Positions 56,101 to 64,000 of a stretch of DNA of 64,000 bases are shown here, one piece after another. The notes under the pieces are model-generated. The model was given only the letters and a program-made list of their open reading frames with translations. It did not search any database and was not told where the DNA came from. Source of the stretch: the human T2T-CHM13v2.0 reference genome, Homo sapiens; the NCBI RefSeq assembly GCF_009914755.1, contig NC_060930.1; one strand, 5' to 3'. Numbering within the stretch: position 1 is the stretch's first letter; each line of letters starts with the position of its first letter. The position numbers and the translations under genes are program-made.

Positions 56101-57777
56101 CCTTACTGAGACTTTTAGTTTGTATTTAATTCTTGTTCATATAAAGACTCAAATACTACTGATTATGGCTATGTCCATGTGTTTTTGTGTTTGTGTATTT
56201 GTGGTGTATTCGCCTCTGTGTATTGCAAATGTTTGTGTTTTTGTTCCCATACCCCGTTATACCATAAATCTAAATTTAACACATATGTATTGCTTAATTC
56301 ATGCCAAGCACCAAATTAATTATTTCAACACATATTAAGAATTCACAAAATATGATAATATCTTAATCATTTTTGACCCAGTTGAGAAATCCAAGCTAGT
56401 CTCTGGGGTACCCTAAACTAAGCTAACCTTGCCAAGACCTGAAAGCGCAAGTTTCCCAGTTTGAATGAATAACTGAAACTATCCCACCGTAATTGAACTA
56501 TGACTTGGTGACTTCATCAACACACACTAATTTTAAAGTCACAAATGAAAATGTTTCCTAGAAATAAAATTTTCCAAAAAGATAACAGTCAATAAAATGC
56601 AAAGCTATAATTTTTTCCTCCCTCAATAAATTAGAATAAAACACCCAGTGAATGTTTATGGTAGAGTAATGTATTATTTATCTTAGCACCTTGAGTAGAA
56701 TTTGAAAGTATATAACATGCTATTTACATATGGGAATTGTTTGACTGTGCTTTTATTATTTTTTTTCTCTCTCTCATAACAACTAATTTATAAGGCATTT
56801 TAGGAACAAGTTTCCAAAGAGAGAACTGCACGTAGTTCAGTCTAAAATTATTTATCATTTCTGGTACTTAAAGGAAGAGAAATTTCCTAGTTAGTGTTAG
56901 AGGGAAGATGCTATCCTAACATAATTACATTGTTAGATATCAGGATCCTGTCAGGAAGGAAATGATAAATGGCAGAATGCCTGGAAACACACAGCCTACA
57001 AGATTCAGAAGTTCATGCTGTAATGAAGAGAATAAAACTTTCAACTGGAACTTCAAAGACAAAAACTTCTTACTCATTGATCTGTCCTAGTACAATATTA
57101 AGAAGTGCCTGATTACTTGGTGTCCTTTTTTTAGAGTAAGCTGAATGCCTCTCTTGAGGAGAGTTCAAGGTTTTTACTAAAATAGTTAGAAACTAAGTAG
57201 GAAGGGGACTTCCAGTTAATACACTTTTCCATGAGCTCATAAAAGGCACTTCTGTCAAGCCATATAGACAACCCTGCCTTTAGTAATCTTAGAGGTTCTT
57301 TCCAGGCAAAATGTAAAGATTAATTTTTATCCTCTAAAGTAGTGATCTTTAGCTACTTCATCAGGGTGAAAAATAAGAACACGTTGAAGGATATCTAGTC
57401 TTTCTTCTTTCTTAATCTAAGATTTATAATCTTGGAGTTGGATCTAGTCATTTTCATGAAAATTCATTTTTTTGCATAACTAGAAAAGGCCATAAAGACT
57501 GCCTCATAACTAGTTTATTTATTAAATGGAGGCAAAAGTACTTTTCTCAGGAATTATTAAAACTCCAGGCAATATATTTTGACTTTAAAAATAGGCTTTT
57601 CAAATAGTGATAATCCCTATTATACAATGAAGATCATAGTCATATTGTTTTTCACATAGTTAATATAAATATGTAAATACATTAATTGTTTTTCTTTTTA
57701 TGAAGACATTAAGTTCAACAATTAAAACTTCTGTCTGTACAGGGGAGCAGAAACATCAGATTAAGATTGCAACTATG

Positions 57778-58120
<343 letters not shown>

Positions 58121-59724
58121 TTATTTCTTCTGTAAATAGTTCTGTTTTTTCCTGTATGATTAGGTGGTGTTCTTTTTAGACCTTGATATAGATATACTAC
58201 AAGGTGATTTTTCCAAACTCACATTTTTATTGGTCTTCTCTATTCCATTTTGATGTGATTATGAATGTAAATGTTGAGGACTGTAAATAAAACAATACTT
58301 AATAGTATATAATTTAATAATACCTTTGATGGCTCTTTTTTTGAAAAGGTCATTGGGTTGAATCCACAAATTGTTTACTAAGTCTTGAGAACATGTTTAT
58401 GAGGATTTTTTATTTATATTAAAATATTTTAAAAGTTTATTTTATTTTCTCTGAAATAACTGTAACAAATGTACTTTGAAGAATTTTGTGGAAAAGAGGA
58501 ATATATTATATTATCTCCAAAAAACTTAGTAATAACATTTTAGTACATTGTCTTCCAATTATTCTCAGGACAAATGCTTTAAAATAGTTGTGCTAAAATT
58601 ATTCAATTTTTCAGATGAAATTTGAGTCAATGGTGTAAATATTTTTCATTTATTTCAAATCTTCATAAGAACAAATTTCAATAATTTCAAAATATTCTAT
58701 TATGAGGTTAAAATATAATATACTTAAATCTCAAGTTGTTTTCAAATTTTTCATCATGCTTAACATTACTATAACAATTATTTTTATTTAAAATATGTAA
58801 TAATTATGACGATTTAAATACATTTATAGAAATGAGATAATGATATCCTAGATAAGAGAAAATGTGTATTTTTGAACCTGCTAATGCTTAATACTTAATG
58901 GTCTGATTTTTTCCAGAAACGTTACACAAATTCACAATACTATAAAAATGTACAGTCATGCACTGCATAGTGGCATTTCAATTAACAACCCATCATATAT
59001 ACAATGATGATTCCATAAGATTATAGTTAGCTGAAAAATTCCTTTGGCCTAGTGACATCATAGGCATTGTAAAGGCATAGTGCACACAAACACATTACTT
59101 ATTACTTATGTGTTTGTGATGATGCCAGTGTAAACCAACCACTTTGACTTTTCCTCTTTATTTTATACTGCTTTTATTCTACTTATTAAAATAAAAAGTT
59201 AACTCTAAAACCTCCACAGACAGGTCCTTCATGGGGTATTCCAGAAGAAGGCATTGTTATCAAAGGAGATGACAGTTCTATGCATGTCATTGCCCCTGAA
59301 GACCTTCCAGAGGGACAAGATGTAGAGGTGGAAGACAGCAATATGGATGATCCTGACCCTGTGTAGGCCTAGGCTAATGTGTGTGTTTGTGTCTTGGTTT
59401 TAACAAAAAAGTTTTCAAAGAAAAAGAAAATTTAAAATTAATTAAAAATAGAAATAATGATGTAAAGAAAGGAATTTTGTATAGCTGTATAATGTGTTTT
59501 GTGTTTTAAGCTAAGTGCTACTACAAAGGAGCCAAATTGTTTTTTAAAATATTAAAAGTTTATAAAGTAAAAAAGTTACATTAAGCTAAGGTTAATTTAT
59601 TATTGAAGATAAAATGTTTTAAAATTAAATTTAGTGTAGCATAAGTGTGCAGTGTTTATGCAGTCGACAGTAGTGAACAGTACCTTCCTAGGCCTTTACA
59701 TTCACTCATTGCTCACTCACTGAC

Positions 59725-60077
59725 TGATATGATTTGGCTGTGTCCCTACCCAAGTCTCATCTTAAATTGTAATTCCCATAATCCCCACATGTTGTGGGAG
59801 GGTCACAGTGGGAGGTTATTTAATCATGGAGGTGATTACCCTCCTGCTGTTCTCATGATAGTGAGTTCTCACGAGACTTTATGGTTTTATAGGGGGCTTT
59901 TCCTCCCTTTGCTCAGCATTTCTCCTTGCTGCCCCCATGTGAAGAAGGATGTGTTTACCTCCCCTTCTGCCATGATTGTAAGTTTCCTGAGGCCTCCCCA
60001 TGTATGGTGAATTGTGAGTCAATTAAACCTCTTACTTTTATAAATTACACTTATTAGCAGCCTGATATCAGATTAAT
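59725..60077 (+). mobile_element. THE1D-like solo LTR nested in Tigger3
   Basis: tgatatgatttggctgtgtccc...catgtgaagaaggatgtgttt...gagtcaattaaacctc; tgac on both flanks. Confidence 0.88.
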
Positions 60078-60231
60078 TGACTTATGCAAAGTATCTTCCA
60101 GTCCTGCAGGCTCCATTTATGGTAAGTACCCTATATGGATGTACCATTTTTAGTCTTTTATATTGTATTTTCTATGGTACATTTTATATATTTAGAAATA
60201 TAGTTCAGATATGTTAAAATACACAAACACT

Positions 60232-60851
60232 GTTGGTGGGAGTGTAAATTAGTTCAACCTTTGTGGAAGGCAGTGTGGCAATTCCTCAAGGATCTAAAAC
60301 TAGAAATACCATTTGACCCAGCAATTCCATTACCCAGTAATATACTGGGTATATACCCCAAGCATTATAAATCATTCTACTATAAAATCACATGCACACG
60401 TATGTTTATTGCAGCACTATTCACAATAGCAAAGACTTGGAACCAACCCAAATGCCCATCAATGATAGACTGCATAAATACATTGTGGCACATATACACC
60501 ATGGAATACTATGCAGCCATAAAAAAGGATGAGTTCATGCCCTTTGCAGGGACATGGATGAGCTGGAAAACATCATTCTCAGCAAACTAACCCAAGAACA
60601 GGAAAACAAACACCGCATGTTCTCACTCATAAGTGGGAGTTGAACAATGAGAACACATGGACACAGGGAGGGAAACACCACAGACTGGGGCCTTTCAGGG
60701 AGTAGGGGGCTAGGGGATGGATAGCATTAGGATAAATGCCTAGTGTAGGGGACGGGTTGATGGGTGCAGCAAACCACCATGGCCTGTGTATACCAATGTA
60801 ACAGAACTGCACATTCTGCACATGTGCCTCAGAACTTAAAATATAGTATAA
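60232..60851 (+). mobile_element. 5'-truncated L1PA7/8-like 3' end nested in Tigger3
   Basis: ORF2 C-terminal remnant (WNQPKCPS...[11 protein letters not shown]) plus 3' UTR; TSD aaaatacacaaacact (60216-60231) / aaaatgcacaaatact (60852-60867). Confidence 0.92.
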
Positions 60852-61431
60852 AAAATGCACAAATACTATTGTATTATAATTGCCTACAATATTCCATACA
60901 GTAACATTCTGTACAAGTTTGTAGCTTAGGAGCAATATGCCATACAGCAGAGCCTAGGCTAAGCCCATCTAAATTTGTGTAAGTATACTCTGTAATGTTC
61001 ATACAATGACAAAACTGCCTAACAATGCATTTCTCAGAACATACTACAATGTTAGTGATGCATGACTGCACCAGTACATACTTCACAGCAGCATTGAATA
61101 TTTTATTTAACTTTATCATTCATATTTTGGCCATTTTATTCCTTTAAAATTTCTTTGATTTCAAGTGAACCTGAATTTTAAAATTTTCTTTCTTATAGAC
61201 TGTGGATATATACTCATGGTGTCTTTATCCATTGATGCTGTGATAGGTTTCATAAAAATTTAGTTGAATGCTTTGAACCTCAAAGATATTTAACTTTTAA
61301 ATTCAAAATTCTTGCCAATATTTTTTCAGAGTTTTCAATTTACATTTATCTTGGGTTATTACTTTGGATTTTGTAGAAAACATTACCATGGCTCCACTGG
61401 CGAGTTTTCAAAGCAAAAATAAAACCCTCTT

Positions 61432-61536
61432 TGGTAAGAAGAATAATTCTACTTACCTCTCAGTGTGCTCACTCAGCCCTGAGTGGTAAGAAGAATAATT
61501 CTACTTACCTCTCAGTGTGCTCACTCAGCCCTGAGT
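61432..61536. repeat. Perfect 52-bp tandem duplication
   Basis: tggtaagaagaataattctacttacctctcagtgtgctcactcagccctgag x2, at 61432 and 61484. Confidence 0.97.
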
Positions 61537-61678
61537 CAATGGAAACCAAGATAATGTAACCAAATCGATTTCTGATTTCTGGGCTGATAGATAGACTGAT
61601 TACTTTAATGAAAAACAGAACAAGCAAGACAACCCTTTTCAATTTAAAAAAAGATTTAACCTGATAAATCAATTTATC

Positions 61679-62352
<674 letters not shown>

Positions 62353-62574
62353 TCAAGAGCAGGTTTTGCTTAAGGCACAATCGCATATCTTCAAAATGCT
62401 AAAGAGTCAAGGTGTGCTATGAACAAAACAACATTCAAAAGGTGGTTTTAAATCTCTGAGGAAAGTAATTTATATGATACCAAATTTCAGATAAAAACAG
62501 AGCTTGTAGTCTTATGGACTGCGTCATTGGTAAATCAGCACTAAAATTTAAGTAACCATGCTGAACTTGAGTTT

Positions 62575-62712
62575 AACATTTAAAATATTTGTTGTATTAA
62601 ATCTATTGATGCTACTCTTTTTCACTTCTATACATGTATTTTCAACATTTAAATTATTTGTATTATTAAATCTATTGATGCTACTCTTTTTCACTCCTAT
62701 GCATATATTTTC
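62575..62712. repeat. 69-bp tandem duplication (63/69 identical)
   Basis: Units at 62575 and 62644. Confidence 0.93.
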
Positions 62713-63219
62713 CTGGTTAAAACATCCAGCGAATAGAAACTGACGCAGGCCTTATTGACACATTGCTACTTGTCTCATAAGAACCTTCCAGTACTTTTTC
62801 TTAAATGCATTAAACAACTTTTTTAAAAAAACAAAATGAGATAATACTATACATAGTTCAACAGTTGCTTTTTAATTATGTAAACAAATATACCCTGGAG
62901 AGCTTTGATCTTATTTTTTTTTTATTCCGTCTACCTTTACACTTAGAAAGTCATCCTCTTGACAGCTGATTTTTTAAAATAAATGTTTAATATAATTTTT
63001 ATTAGCATTAAACTATTTAATCCATCTGGAATTTACTTAGCTATTTCATATGGAATAATTTACATTTATTGTTTTCTAATAGCTTATTATTCTCACTATT
63101 ATTAAAATAAGTCATTAAATTAAAATTATTCTGTAATACATATTAAATTCACCATTAAACATGATGGAAATGTAAAACACATTATTTTACAAGGGAATAT
63201 CTTGGCCTTCAGTCTCTTT

Positions 63220-64000
<781 letters not shown>

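Larger units (their letters stand above)
58953..61068. mobile_element. Tigger3-family (TcMar-Tigger) DNA transposon with nested insertions
   Basis: Terminal inverted repeats cagtcatgca...tgcatgactg; TA on the left flank; internal gcccctgaagaccttccagagggacaagatgtagaggtggaagacag. Confidence 0.85.

Overview
Primate (human-like) genomic DNA: AT-rich, CpG-depleted and repeat-dense, typical of a gene desert or a very long intron. I find no supportable protein-coding gene, rRNA, tRNA, CRISPR array or CpG island. The only protein-like ORFs are decayed L1 ORF1/ORF2/ORF0 pieces and read-throughs of Alu or THE1 sequence. Main elements: a full-length inactive L1PA6-like LINE-1 (41913-48070, perfect 12-bp TSD); a two-LTR THE1 element with an internal deletion and an Alu insertion; several solo LTRs (MLT2, MER61, MER31/67-like, MST/MLT1, THE1); a Tigger3 transposon with nested THE1D and L1; eight Alus, one a young AluY inside an older Alu; old L1M/L2/MIR/MER fragments; and microsatellites. 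Most notable observations: (1) a 98-bp ungapped inverted copy of 12679-12776 inserted into a THE1 LTR about 37 kb away; (2) a minus-strand recursive-splice-type junction (long AG-free tract then CAG|GTAAGT) at about 33367; (3) a 3x120-bp tandem repeat of a THE1/Alu junction; (4) minus-strand non-coding exon candidates that could belong to an L1 antisense-promoter transcript; (5) a p53-like element in MER61. Repeat subfamily names come from recalled consensus sequences and need RepeatMasker/Dfam confirmation. I cannot support a claim of a new biological system from sequence alone.
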